Assembly: GCA_965228735.1 (NCBI GenBank)
Contig: OZ245838.1
Coordinates: 5,696,001-5,760,000 of the forward strand
From: Planctomycetota bacterium
GTDB taxonomy: Bacteria; Planctomycetota; UBA1135; UBA2386
Direction: 5' to 3'
Length of the DNA stretch: 64,000 bases
The position numbers and the translations under genes were made by a program. This document shows positions 16,819 to 26,310 of this stretch, piece by piece. The notes beneath the pieces were generated by a model that was not told the origin of the DNA, did not search any database, and saw only the letters and a list, made by a program, of their open reading frames with translations. The first letter of the stretch is position 1, and each line of letters begins with the position of its first letter.

Positions 16819-19800
16819 ATGACCCACCGCCTCGCCCTCGCCGTTCTCCCGGTCGTCTTGTCTGTCGCTGCCTACACGCAAGAACCCGCCGCCGCGTCGC
16901 CCGCTGGTGAGTCGGCGAACGCGCTGCCCGGCTTCGACGAACTGCGCTATCGCTGCATCGGTCCGACACGCGGCGGGCGTGTGACGGCGGTCGCGGGCGT
17001 CGAGCAGATCCGTGGCACCTACTACATGGGCGCGACGGGCGGCGGGGTCTGGAAGACGGAGAACTTCGGACACACCTGGCGCAACGTCTCGGACGGCTTC
17101 TTCTCGACGCCTTCGATCGGCGCGATCCGCGTCGCGCTCAGCGACCCGGACCTGGTCTGGGTCGGCACCGGATCGGACGGTCTGCGCAGCAACGTGATCC
17201 CGGGGCGCGGGATCTACAAGTCGGCGGACGCGGGCAAGACGTGGGAGTTCATGGGGCTCGAGGCGACGTGCCACATCGGCGCCGTCGAGATCCATCCGAC
17301 CGAGCCCGACATCGTCTTCGTCGCTGCGATCGGCAACGCGTTCAAGGCCAACGAGGAACGCGGCGTCTATCGCACGAAGGACGGCGGCAAGACGTGGGAC
17401 CGCGTCTTCGCGATCTCGGACACGTGCGGCTGCGCGGACGTCGAGTTCCACCCGGCCGATCCGAACACGATCTACGCCTCGATGTGGGAGGCCGAGCGCA
17501 AGCCGTGGACGATCGTGAGCGGCGGCGAGCAGGGCGGGGTGTGGCGCAGTCGTGACGGCGGCGACACCTGGCAGAAGCTCGAAGGCGGTTTGCCGACCGG
17601 CGTCGTCGGCAAGTCCGACCTCGCGGTCTCGCGCGCCGAGCCGGATCGGCTCTGGGTGCTCATGGAGGCCGCGGACAAGCCTGGCGTGTATCGCTCGGAT
17701 GACGCGGGCGCGACGTTCGAGCACGTCTCGGACAACCGCAGCCTGTTGTTGCGGCCGTTCTACTACTGCAACATCGACTGCGATCCGTCGGACGCCGATC
17801 ACCTGTTCGTCGCGGCGACGGGCTACAGCGAGTCGACCGATGGCGGCAAGAAGTGGCGTCGACGCTTCACGCCGCACGGTGACAACCACGAGGTGTGGAT
17901 CGACCCCAACGACCCGAAGGTCATGGTGCAGTGCAACGACGGCGGCGCCAACGTGACGATCGACGGCGGCGCGACGTGGTCGACGCAGCACAACCAGCCG
18001 ACGGCCGAGCTCTACCAGGTCGCCGTCGACGATCGCTTCCCCTACTGGGTCTACGCGGGGCAGCAGGACAACAGCACGATCCGCGTGCCGAGCAACCCGC
18101 CCGGCCCGGCGACCGGTGGCGCGACGGCCTTCTGGGAGTCGGTCGGCGGCTGCGAGACGGGGCCGGTCGTGCCCAAGCCCGGTGATCCCGACATCGTCTA
18201 CGCCAACTGCAAGGGGCGTTTCGGGGTCTACAACCACCGCACGGGGCAAGAACGGCAGTACTACGTCGGCGCGTCGAATCTCTACGGCCACAACCCGCGT
18301 GACCTGAAGTTCCGCTTCCAGCGCGTGGCGCCGATCACGGTCTCGCCGCACGACCCGAACGTCGTCTACCACGGCTCGCAGTACCTGCACCGCACGACGG
18401 ACGGCGGCGAGAACTGGGCGACGATCTCGCCCGACCTCACGGCGTTCGAAGCGGACAAGCAGGTGATCTCGGGCAGTCCGATCACGCGCGACATCACGGG
18501 CGAGGAGTACTACTCGACGCTCTACGAGATCGCGGAGTCGGCCGTGAAGCCCGGCCTGATCTGGACCGGTGCGAACGACGGGCCGATCCATGTCACGGAG
18601 GACGGCGGCACGACGTGGCGCAACGTCACCCCCGACATGCCGTCGGGCGGGCGCGTGCAGACGATCGAGCCGTCGGCGCACGACGCGTCGACCGCGTATG
18701 CCTGCGTCCTCCGCTACCAGCTCGGCGACCCGTCGCCGCACGTCTACAAGACGACCAACCTCGGCAAGACGTGGACCCGCATCCACGACGGCCTGCCCGA
18801 GAACTGCCCCGTGCGCGTGCTGCGCGAGGACCCGCTCGACGAGAACGTGCTGTTCCTCGGCACCGAGTGGGGGATGTACGTGTCGCTCGACGCCGGCGGC
18901 TCGTGGCTGCCGTTCCAGCAGAACCTGCCCGTCACGCCGGTCACCGACATCGTCGTTCATCGCGACGATCTGGTGCTGTCGACGATGGGACGGTCGTTCT
19001 GGGTGCTAGACGACATCTCGGCCGTGCGCGGGCTGCGGCGCGCTGCAGAGGGTGCGGTCGCGTTGCTCGCTCCCCGCACCGCGATCCGGACCCGCATGCG
19101 TGGCCGCGGTGGCGATCGCGCGCCGAGCTACGGCGGCACGGGTGCGATCGTGCACTACGTGTTGCCCGCGGCCGCCGAGGACCTGCGGCTCGAGATCTAC
19201 AGCCTCGCGGGCAACGAACCCGAGCTCGTGCAGAAGATCGAGGGGCGCCGTTCGCAGCCGCGGACCGAACGCGACCAGGGGATGCGCGGCCCGTTCCGGC
19301 GGCAGCGCGGTGGTGGCGGCCTCGACGCTTCGGCCGGGCTGCATCGCTACACGTGGAATCTCCGTGGCAATGGGGTGCGCGGCACCGGACCGCTCGTGTT
19401 GCCCGGCGAGTACGAGCTGCGCCTCGTGCACGCGGGCGGCGAGGCGCGGCAGCTGCTGACCGTCGAGCTCGATCCGCGCGTCAAGGCAGCCGGCATCACC
19501 AACGCGGACCTGCAGGCCCAGGCCGATCTCATCCTGCGCGTGCAGCGCGCCCGCCAGCGCGCCGACGCGGTCGTGAGCAAGGCGCGCCAGATCATCAAGG
19601 AGCCGACGGACGAGGTGACGCACTCGCGCGTCGACCGCGTGCTCGAACGACTCGTCGACGAGCGCGTGACCTACCCGCAGCCGATGGTCGTCTCGCAGCT
19701 GCGCTACCTGAGCTCGATGATCGACCGCGCCGACCAGCGCCCCGGCCGCGACGCGTTCGAACGCCTGGCCGAACTCGAGGCCGCGATCGAGGCGTGCGAG

Positions 19801-19833
19801 AAGGAGCTGGAGCAGATCGCCGGCGAGCGGTGA
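16819..19833 (+). CDS. secreted VPS10/BNR-repeat beta-propeller protein
   Basis: IGPTRGGRV. Many S/T-x-D-G-G-x-T-W Asp-boxes. HGDNH. Confidence 0.9.
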   Translation: MTHRLALAVLPVVLSVAAYTQEPAAASPAGESANALPGFDELRYRCIGPTRGGRVTAVAGVEQIRGTYYMGATGGGVWKTENFGHTWRNVSDGFFSTPSIGAIRVALSDPDLVWVGTGSDGLRSNVIPGRGIYKSADAGKTWEFMGLEATCHIGAVEIHPTEPDIVFVAAIGNAFKANEERGVYRTKDGGKTWDRVFAISDTCGCADVEFHPADPNTIYASMWEAERKPWTIVSGGEQGGVWRSRDGGDTWQKLEGGLPTGVVGKSDLAVSRAEPDRLWVLMEAADKPGVYRSDDAGATFEHVSDNRSLLLRPFYYCNIDCDPSDADHLFVAATGYSESTDGGKKWRRRFTPHGDNHEVWIDPNDPKVMVQCNDGGANVTIDGGATWSTQHNQPTAELYQVAVDDRFPYWVYAGQQDNSTIRVPSNPPGPATGGATAFWESVGGCETGPVVPKPGDPDIVYANCKGRFGVYNHRTGQERQYYVGASNLYGHNPRDLKFRFQRVAPITVSPHDPNVVYHGSQYLHRTTDGGENWATISPDLTAFEADKQVISGSPITRDITGEEYYSTLYEIAESAVKPGLIWTGANDGPIHVTEDGGTTWRNVTPDMPSGGRVQTIEPSAHDASTAYACVLRYQLGDPSPHVYKTTNLGKTWTRIHDGLPENCPVRVLREDPLDENVLFLGTEWGMYVSLDAGGSWLPFQQNLPVTPVTDIVVHRDDLVLSTMGRSFWVLDDISAVRGLRRAAEGAVALLAPRTAIRTRMRGRGGDRAPSYGGTGAIVHYVLPAAAEDLRLEIYSLAGNEPELVQKIEGRRSQPRTERDQGMRGPFRRQRGGGGLDASAGLHRYTWNLRGNGVRGTGPLVLPGEYELRLVHAGGEARQLLTVELDPRVKAAGITNADLQAQADLILRVQRARQRADAVVSKARQIIKEPTDEVTHSRVDRVLERLVDERVTYPQPMVVSQLRYLSSMIDRADQRPGRDAFERLAELEAAIEACEKELEQIAGER

Positions 19834-19852
19834 GGCGGCGTGCCGCGGTCGT

Positions 19853-21547
19853 TCAGCGGTCGCGGATGACGAGCTCGATCTCGAGAATCTCGCCGTCCCG
19901 AGCGCGGCCGTCGTGCGCACCGTTGCCGTTCATTCCGGAGACGACGTAGCGGCCGGGCGGCAGTCCGCGAACGACGAAGCGACCCTCGCGGTTGGCGGCC
20001 ATGACGAGGTGTGTCGTTCTTCCATGCAGATCACGGATCTGCACGGGACGCCCCGGACGCGGCTGCCCGAGTTCGTCGCGCACGACGCCTCGGATCGTTG
20101 CGCCGGGTCCGAGTTCGTGCTGGCCGAGATCGATCACCGACTCGCCGGGCGCGGGCTGGCCCATCGTGGCGTCGATCCGAGCGAAGTGTCGCGAGCCCCA
20201 GGCCACGATTTCGAGCTCGGTCGGGAGCGTGACCCTGAGGCCGTGGACCCGGGCGATGCCATCGAGGCCGGTGATCCCCCGGCCGATACTGGCGCCGGAG
20301 TCTGCGCGCCGAAGATCGACGAGGACGCCGGCGACCGGAGTGTTGGCTAGATCGTGGAGCCGGATCGATACGCTGCGCCCGGGCGCGACGCGCGCTTGCC
20401 ACACGGTGTCGCTGTCGTGACGCCCCACGAGCCAGGGTGAGAGCGGTTCGCGACCTTCGATCACGGCCGTGCTGCTGACGGCTCGCACCGCGAAGAGGTC
20501 CGTTGGTCCTACCGGCGACTGGAGCGTGAACTCGCCCCGTTCGTTCGTCGTCGCGAGGCTGCGGCGCGCGTTGTTCATGGGCGCGACCTGCAGGGACTCC
20601 GCAAGCATCTCGAGGCTTGCGACTGGCCGGCCGTCGCGGTCCACGAGCCGGCCACGGATCGTGGCGTCGGGATCGCCGATCCGGAAGCTGCAGTTGCCGA
20701 GCGTGCCGGACGACGGCCACGAGTGTTCGCTCGGCCACACGTGAGCCCCGACGAGTCGGACTCGGACGTGCAATGACTTCGCGCCGGGCCACGTCGGCAC
20801 CTGCCAGCGACCAGCCGCGACGGGGCGCGGGCGGCGCAGTTCCGCCGGCAGCGGCACGCGGGACAGCGGCTCGAATGCCGCCACCTCGAGCACCGCGGCG
20901 GCGCGCTCCGCCGCGGTCCCACCGCGAAGCTCGACGGTCGACCACTCGGCGTCGTCACGCGTGAGTCGGAGATCGAGCGTGACGTCCGTCGGGTCGCGAA
21001 TCTCGCTGAGGTGGGCAGCGTCCTGCACCCGGCCGGTCCAGGCGGTGACCTGAATCGCGCCGAGGGGCGCGTGGGTGAGCGAATACTCGCCGTTCGCGTT
21101 CGTGCGGGTCTCGCAGTGCGCCGCGCCGAGTTGCGAGTTGCGCCGGCACCTTGCGGCGACCCAGGCCCCGGCAATCGGCGCGCCCGCCGCATCGCGGACG
21201 ACACCCTGGATCCTGCGCGCGGGCATCGTGCGCACCTGTGCGAACCCGCGTCGCGTGCCCCAGAGGTCGACCGCGAGAGCACCGATGTTCGGAGCGTCGG
21301 TCGTCGCCTGCACGACGACGTGCTCGGCCGGCACGCGCGGGAACACGAAGATACCGTTGCCGTCGCTGCGCGTGCGCGCGACGACGAGGCCGTCGTGCTC
21401 GACGACGACTTCGGCGTTGGCGACGGGTTCGTGGACCGGGTCGATGACCTGGCCCTCGAGTCGTGACGTCATCGGGGCGGCCTGGGCACCGACGGACCCG
21501 GCGACGGCGGCCAGGGCACTCAGCGCAACGAGCACCAGCGACTTCAT
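19853..21547 (-). CDS. secreted carboxypeptidase-regulatory-like beta-sandwich repeat protein (paralog B)
   Basis: Signal peptide. Repeated G-x-V-x-D-x-x-G-x-P and T-x-x-x-G-x-F motifs. 564 aa. Confidence 0.8.
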   Translation of the reverse strand: MKSLVLVALSALAAVAGSVGAQAAPMTSRLEGQVIDPVHEPVANAEVVVEHDGLVVARTRSDGNGIFVFPRVPAEHVVVQATTDAPNIGALAVDLWGTRRGFAQVRTMPARRIQGVVRDAAGAPIAGAWVAARCRRNSQLGAAHCETRTNANGEYSLTHAPLGAIQVTAWTGRVQDAAHLSEIRDPTDVTLDLRLTRDDAEWSTVELRGGTAAERAAAVLEVAAFEPLSRVPLPAELRRPRPVAAGRWQVPTWPGAKSLHVRVRLVGAHVWPSEHSWPSSGTLGNCSFRIGDPDATIRGRLVDRDGRPVASLEMLAESLQVAPMNNARRSLATTNERGEFTLQSPVGPTDLFAVRAVSSTAVIEGREPLSPWLVGRHDSDTVWQARVAPGRSVSIRLHDLANTPVAGVLVDLRRADSGASIGRGITGLDGIARVHGLRVTLPTELEIVAWGSRHFARIDATMGQPAPGESVIDLGQHELGPGATIRGVVRDELGQPRPGRPVQIRDLHGRTTHLVMAANREGRFVVRGLPPGRYVVSGMNGNGAHDGRARDGEILEIELVIRDR

Positions 21548-21561
21548 GATCGTTCCCTGGC

Positions 21562-23256
21562 TCAGCGCGGCGCGACGTCGAGCTCGACTTCGGTCGTCAG
21601 ACCGCTCTCGACGCTGACCCTGTGATTGGTCGTGCGGGTCGTTCGGGAGTGCAGCGCGGTGACGACGTAGTTGCCCGGTTGGAGTCCGCGGGCCCGGAAT
21701 CGCCCGTTGCGGTTGGGTACGAGAGCGAGCGATTCGCGCCCGAACTGTGAGACGTAGACGTAGAGTCCCGTTACCGGCTCACCGCCCTTGCCGAGCACCT
21801 GGCCGCTGATCTCACCAGCCGGCGCGAGCCTGCGCTTGCCGAGATCGACCAGGCCTTCCCCTTGCGCGAAGAGGCGCATCTGCGCGTGGCCGCCGGGCCC
21901 GGCAGCGTCGAATACGAGTACGGTGGGCAGGTCGAGGGCCAGGCTCGCGATGTCCACGTGGCCGTTGAGCCGCGCCACGCCGCTGCCGATGTGCAGGCGC
22001 CCATTGGGTTGACCCCGTTCCGGTTGATGACTCACGTGGGTCAGGGTGCCGACGGCGGGATACCCGTCCGCGTCCTCGAGCTGCAGCCGCAGTCGGACTG
22101 CGGGCAGGGCGTCGAGGCGCCAGTGCTTGTTCGCCTGGTGCTGCTGAACGAACCACGCGGCGTTCCGGTCGTTGCCGGCGAGCACGAGGTCCTCGGTGAT
22201 CGAGCGCATGGCGAACGTCTCTCCCGGATCGACGGGCGACTGCACCACGAACTGCCCGTTGGCATCCGTCGTCGCGGTCCGCCGCGCGTGGTTGACCTTC
22301 GGCGCGCGGAGCGACTGCGTCATCAGGCCGAGCCCGACGACAGGATTCCCTTCGGCGTCGAACACCGAACCCTGGATGGCGGCGTCGGCCTCGCGAACGT
22401 GGAATCGTAGGCGGACCGAGCGGCGGCCGTTCTCGACGACGTAGGCGTTGGGCCAGGTCTGGACCGCGTCGCCCTCGAGCCAGAGGTGCATGTGGTCGAT
22501 GTCGTTCCAGCCGACGAGCTCCCAATGACCGGGCCCGACGGGCTCTGGCCGCGCGAGTTCGGGCGGCAGCGGTCGCAGTTCGTCCGTGAAGAACGCCGCG
22601 ACGCGCAGCTCCGTGATCTTCAGCTGTTCTGGCGTCGCGCCCTCGAGCACGACCGTGCGGTGGATCGCCTTCCCGCGCTCGACGACACACTCCAGCTCGA
22701 CGTCGTCGTTGCTGTCGATCTCGGTGAGAAACGGCGCGCATTCGTGCTGCGTGGTCCACGCGCGCACCTGGGTGAACCCGACGCCGACGTGCGAGAGATC
22801 GAAACGCCCCTGGTCGTCGCTGCGCGTCGTGCAGTGCGCGACGGACAGGTCGTGGGCGACCATCGGCGATGCGCCGACCCAGGCGTTCGCGACCGGCGCG
22901 CCGGCGTCGTCGCGCACGACGCCGGTGATGCGTCGCGCGGGCATCGTGCGCAGCTCTGCGTAGGTGCGGCTCTGGCCCCAGAGATCGATGACCTGCGCGC
23001 CGATCTGCGGGCCATCGGCTTTCGCGGTGACGAGCACGTAGCGCGCCGGCACTCGCGGCAGCACGAACGTGCCGTTGCCGTCGCTGCGCGTCCGCGCGGC
23101 GACGACGCCATCGTACTCGACGATGATTTCGGCGTTGCCGACCGGCTCGTGGAGCGGGTCGACGACGTGGCCTTCGAGCCGGGCCGTGGGAACGGAGATC
23201 TGCGCCGGCGCAGCGAACGCCAGCAACAGCGACACGAGAGGGGTCAGCGGTCGCAT
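21562..23256 (-). CDS. secreted carboxypeptidase-regulatory-like beta-sandwich repeat protein (paralog A)
   Basis: Same motifs, colinear with its neighbour. 564 aa. Confidence 0.8.
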   Translation of the reverse strand: MRPLTPLVSLLLAFAAPAQISVPTARLEGHVVDPLHEPVGNAEIIVEYDGVVAARTRSDGNGTFVLPRVPARYVLVTAKADGPQIGAQVIDLWGQSRTYAELRTMPARRITGVVRDDAGAPVANAWVGASPMVAHDLSVAHCTTRSDDQGRFDLSHVGVGFTQVRAWTTQHECAPFLTEIDSNDDVELECVVERGKAIHRTVVLEGATPEQLKITELRVAAFFTDELRPLPPELARPEPVGPGHWELVGWNDIDHMHLWLEGDAVQTWPNAYVVENGRRSVRLRFHVREADAAIQGSVFDAEGNPVVGLGLMTQSLRAPKVNHARRTATTDANGQFVVQSPVDPGETFAMRSITEDLVLAGNDRNAAWFVQQHQANKHWRLDALPAVRLRLQLEDADGYPAVGTLTHVSHQPERGQPNGRLHIGSGVARLNGHVDIASLALDLPTVLVFDAAGPGGHAQMRLFAQGEGLVDLGKRRLAPAGEISGQVLGKGGEPVTGLYVYVSQFGRESLALVPNRNGRFRARGLQPGNYVVTALHSRTTRTTNHRVSVESGLTTEVELDVAPR

Positions 23257-23298
23257 GACCCGATGGTATCGAAAATCGCGCGCCCGTGTGGGCGGAGC

Positions 23299-23913
23299 CT
23301 ACTTCGACGAGTTTTTCGGACTCGGCTTCGGCTCGGGCAGGCGGATCCGGCCCTGGAGCGTCGGGTGCTTCGCTTCCAGCGGCTGGTGTTCGCTCTGCTT
23401 TGGCGCGGTCGGTTGGGGTTGGGTCGCGGGCTCGGCCTCGGGCGCGTTGGTCTCGGGCAGGGCGATGTCACCCATGATCTCCATCTCGCCAAGGAGGATG
23501 GGCGACTCTGGCGGCGAGTCGGGTTGGCTCGTCCCCGGGTCGACGGTCTCGGTCACGGGATCGTTCGCGCCGCTGCGGCAGCCGATGAACGCAAACACCG
23601 CGGTCACCATCGCCACGACGCGCGACGCGGCGCGCCGGAGCCGCACGCGCAGTCCGACCGGGCAATCGCGCGTCAGCACCGTGCCGTCCGCGCGGCGACG
23701 GTAGCGCCCGCAGAGGCGTTCGCCGGTCACCTTGCTGCCCTGCACGAGCTCGGCGGCTTCGGTGCGGGTCAGCGCGGAGAAGTCGTAGACGTGGAGCGAG
23801 CACTGCTCGCAGAAGCGGCGGCGATCGTCGCCGGCCATCTCGTTCCAGTCGGCGGAGCAGGGACTGCTGACCTCGATGTCATCGAGCCATGCGTCGGTTT
23901 GGCGTTCCATCAC
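23299..23913 (-). CDS. membrane protein with N-terminal Cys-rich putative metal-binding domain
   Basis: SPCSADWNEM..RFCEQCSLHVYDFS..LCGR..DCP, then a TM segment and a low-complexity tail. Confidence 0.7.
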   Translation of the reverse strand: MMERQTDAWLDDIEVSSPCSADWNEMAGDDRRRFCEQCSLHVYDFSALTRTEAAELVQGSKVTGERLCGRYRRRADGTVLTRDCPVGLRVRLRRAASRVVAMVTAVFAFIGCRSGANDPVTETVDPGTSQPDSPPESPILLGEMEIMGDIALPETNAPEAEPATQPQPTAPKQSEHQPLEAKHPTLQGRIRLPEPKPSPKNSSK

Positions 23914-23967
23914 CGCGCCTTCGACGCGCCTTCGCCGGGCTGGTTCCCGAAGAACTGGGTTCGGGTC

Positions 23968-24801
23968 TCAGCTCGGCATCGTGGATGGCGGCGTGAGCAG
24001 GACCTCGTCGCAGCCGGCCGGGTCGTCGAGGGCCAGCCCATCGACGGTTTCGAGGAAGCCCGCGGTGTGCATCGCGCAGAACGCCTCGCACGCGGTAGCG
24101 CCCGGCGCGAGCGCCGCGTGCGACCGACCGAGGGCGTCGACGAGGTAGGCGTAGTCGAGGAACTCGAACTGCGACGCGTAGAGCCGGATCAGTTCGATCT
24201 TCTCCGCGAGTTGTTCGGAGATGTCGACGACGAGTCCGGGCGGCACGAACGACCAGACCTCGTAGCCGCACACGGTCGGCGTGCGGCCGGTCTGCCGCAG
24301 CGCGTCGGCGAGCAGCAGATTGGTGTAGCGGTGGTCCTCGTGCTGGTCCGCGACCCACGGCAGGAAGACGCCGTCGGGGTCGAAGTCGTCGAGTTGCGCA
24401 ACCACCTGCGCGGTGAGCTCGGCGCGCCGCGCGGGGTCGCGGAACTGCCGTTCGGGGCAGCCGAGGATCGTCGGCGATGCGAGCCCGAGCCGCTTGGCGA
24501 CGGCTTCCGCTTCCTGCCGGCGAACCTCGGCGAAGTGCGCATCGCGCTCGGGTTCGCCGACCGCGCTGCCGTCCGTGATGTAGCACAGGCGCACCTGCCG
24601 GCCGGCCGCGATCAGCTTCTGCACGGTGCCGCCGCAGCCGATCTCGATGTCGTCGGGATGGGGCGCGAGGAACAGCGACCGCTCGAAGTCGGGGAACTCG
24701 ACGACGCGGCGGTTCACGAAGTGACGCAGCACGGAACGCGCGCCGGCGACCAGGCCGTGCGTTCGTGCTATGCGTTCTGATCTCGATGGTTGATCACTCA
24801 T
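23968..24801 (-). CDS. PIG-L/LmbE family deacetylase
   Basis: APHPDDIE, RRQEA, DQHEDH. ATGA overlap with the upstream GNAT gene. Confidence 0.85.
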   Translation of the reverse strand: MSDQPSRSERIARTHGLVAGARSVLRHFVNRRVVEFPDFERSLFLAPHPDDIEIGCGGTVQKLIAAGRQVRLCYITDGSAVGEPERDAHFAEVRRQEAEAVAKRLGLASPTILGCPERQFRDPARRAELTAQVVAQLDDFDPDGVFLPWVADQHEDHRYTNLLLADALRQTGRTPTVCGYEVWSFVPPGLVVDISEQLAEKIELIRLYASQFEFLDYAYLVDALGRSHAALAPGATACEAFCAMHTAGFLETVDGLALDDPAGCDEVLLTPPSTMPS

Positions 24802-25787
24802 CCGGCACTCCCGATGCGAAAGAGGAAGTCCCCGTCGCCGGGCGTGAAGTGCCAATCGAGCGGGTCGACCTCGGCGTCGCGCAGCAGCACGACGGGTTCG
24901 AGCAGGTTCTGCGGCACCGCGCTGAAGCCGAGCTCGGTCATGAGCGGCTTGATCGCGGCGCGCCGTTCGAGACCGAACAGCGCCTCGAGCCGTTGCTGGT
25001 GCGTCACGGTGACGAGCGCTCCGAGGAGTGCGCGGGCGGTGGCGACGTCCGCCGGTTCGGTCATCAATTCCGCGATGTAGGCCTGCGGCTCGGTCGGCGA
25101 GAACGTCAGGACCGCGAGGCCGCGGAGCGTGTCGCCGTCGAACGCGCCGAACGCTTCGTGGCGGATGAACGGATCGCGCAGGTAGCGCCAGTCGAGGTAG
25201 GCGGCGTCGCGCACGGTGACGAAGCGGTGGTGGTTGTTGATTCGCGTTGCGAGGTCGTCGCATTCGCTGCCGAACGACTCGAGCCTGCGGACCTCGACCG
25301 CCGGGTCGCCGGGATCGCCTGGTGCGAGGTTGCCGGGACGGGCGAAGAGCGCCGCTTCGGCCGCTGCGTTGACGACACCCGCGCCGCGTTCCTTCATCAG
25401 CGCGGTTGTCGGCGCGGTCGGCGACGTGATGAAGCGGAAGCGCGAACCCTCGGTGTCGACCATCGCGGCCGTCAGGCGGCGGCCGAGGCCGCGGCCGCGC
25501 ATCTCCGGCGCGACGCAGAAGTCGACCCCGCAGATCGCCGGGGTCGGGGTGCCGTCGATGGCGACCTTCGCCGGCATCATGCCGTAGGTGCCGACGAGCT
25601 TGCCGTCCAGCACGGCGACCCATGCGCTCGGCACGCCGTCGACGCGGGCCGGGTTGTCGTCGAACGCCCAGCTGCGGCGGATGCCCTCGCGCTGCATGTC
25701 GAGGCCGTCGAAGCAGCGCGCGCGCAGTTCGAGCAGCGCGCCGAGATCGTCGGGGGCGAACGGGCGGATGGTCTCGGTCGCGGTCAT
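24798..25787 (-). CDS. GNAT family N-acetyltransferase
   Basis: DFCVAPEMRGRGLG acetyl-CoA motif. RDAAYLDWRY. Confidence 0.8.
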   Translation of the reverse strand: MTATETIRPFAPDDLGALLELRARCFDGLDMQREGIRRSWAFDDNPARVDGVPSAWVAVLDGKLVGTYGMMPAKVAIDGTPTPAICGVDFCVAPEMRGRGLGRRLTAAMVDTEGSRFRFITSPTAPTTALMKERGAGVVNAAAEAALFARPGNLAPGDPGDPAVEVRRLESFGSECDDLATRINNHHRFVTVRDAAYLDWRYLRDPFIRHEAFGAFDGDTLRGLAVLTFSPTEPQAYIAELMTEPADVATARALLGALVTVTHQQRLEALFGLERRAAIKPLMTELGFSAVPQNLLEPVVLLRDAEVDPLDWHFTPGDGDFLFRIGSAG

Positions 25788-25791
25788 GGGT

Positions 25792-26256
25792 TCAACGCGC
25801 CGGAAAGCGGTTCTGCGACTGCAGCGCGTGGTGGTGCGGGGTCGCGCGGTTGCCCTGGCTCGCGATCAGCACCTGCCAGTACGAGAGCCGTCGGACGCCG
25901 AGGTTGCGGATCACCTCGGCGACCGCGACGGCGGGGGGGTCGCGATGGGCGCGGATCAGCACCGGCGTCGTGCGAAAGCGGCGCTTGCCCGTCTTCGTTG
26001 CGACCGGTTCGCCGAGGTCTGCGCCATCGTTCCGCGTCATCAGCAGGCTCGCGATGCCGCGCAGGTCGTGGTTCTTGCCGTCGAGTCGAAGCGTGCCATC
26101 GCGCTGGATCTCGAGGGCGACATGATCGGCCGGCGGCGTCCACGGCTCGGCGTACTCGAGTCGCGGCAGGTCGCGGTCGGCCACCTGCGCGATGACCGGG
26201 CCGCCGAGCGCCAGGGCGACGAGAAGGGCGGGAGCCGTGGTCGGACGGGGTGACAT
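25792..26256 (-). CDS. ExbD/TolR-like periplasmic-domain protein
   Basis: Signal-like N-terminus. DLP..LEIQRDGTLRLDG..PVLIRAHRD pattern. Confidence 0.45.
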   Translation of the reverse strand: MSPRPTTAPALLVALALGGPVIAQVADRDLPRLEYAEPWTPPADHVALEIQRDGTLRLDGKNHDLRGIASLLMTRNDGADLGEPVATKTGKRRFRTTPVLIRAHRDPPAVAVAEVIRNLGVRRLSYWQVLIASQGNRATPHHHALQSQNRFPAR

Positions 26257-26310
26257 GATCAGCGGGGCAACGGGAGACAATCGAACCGGGTTCGGTACGT
26301 TCACGCCATC

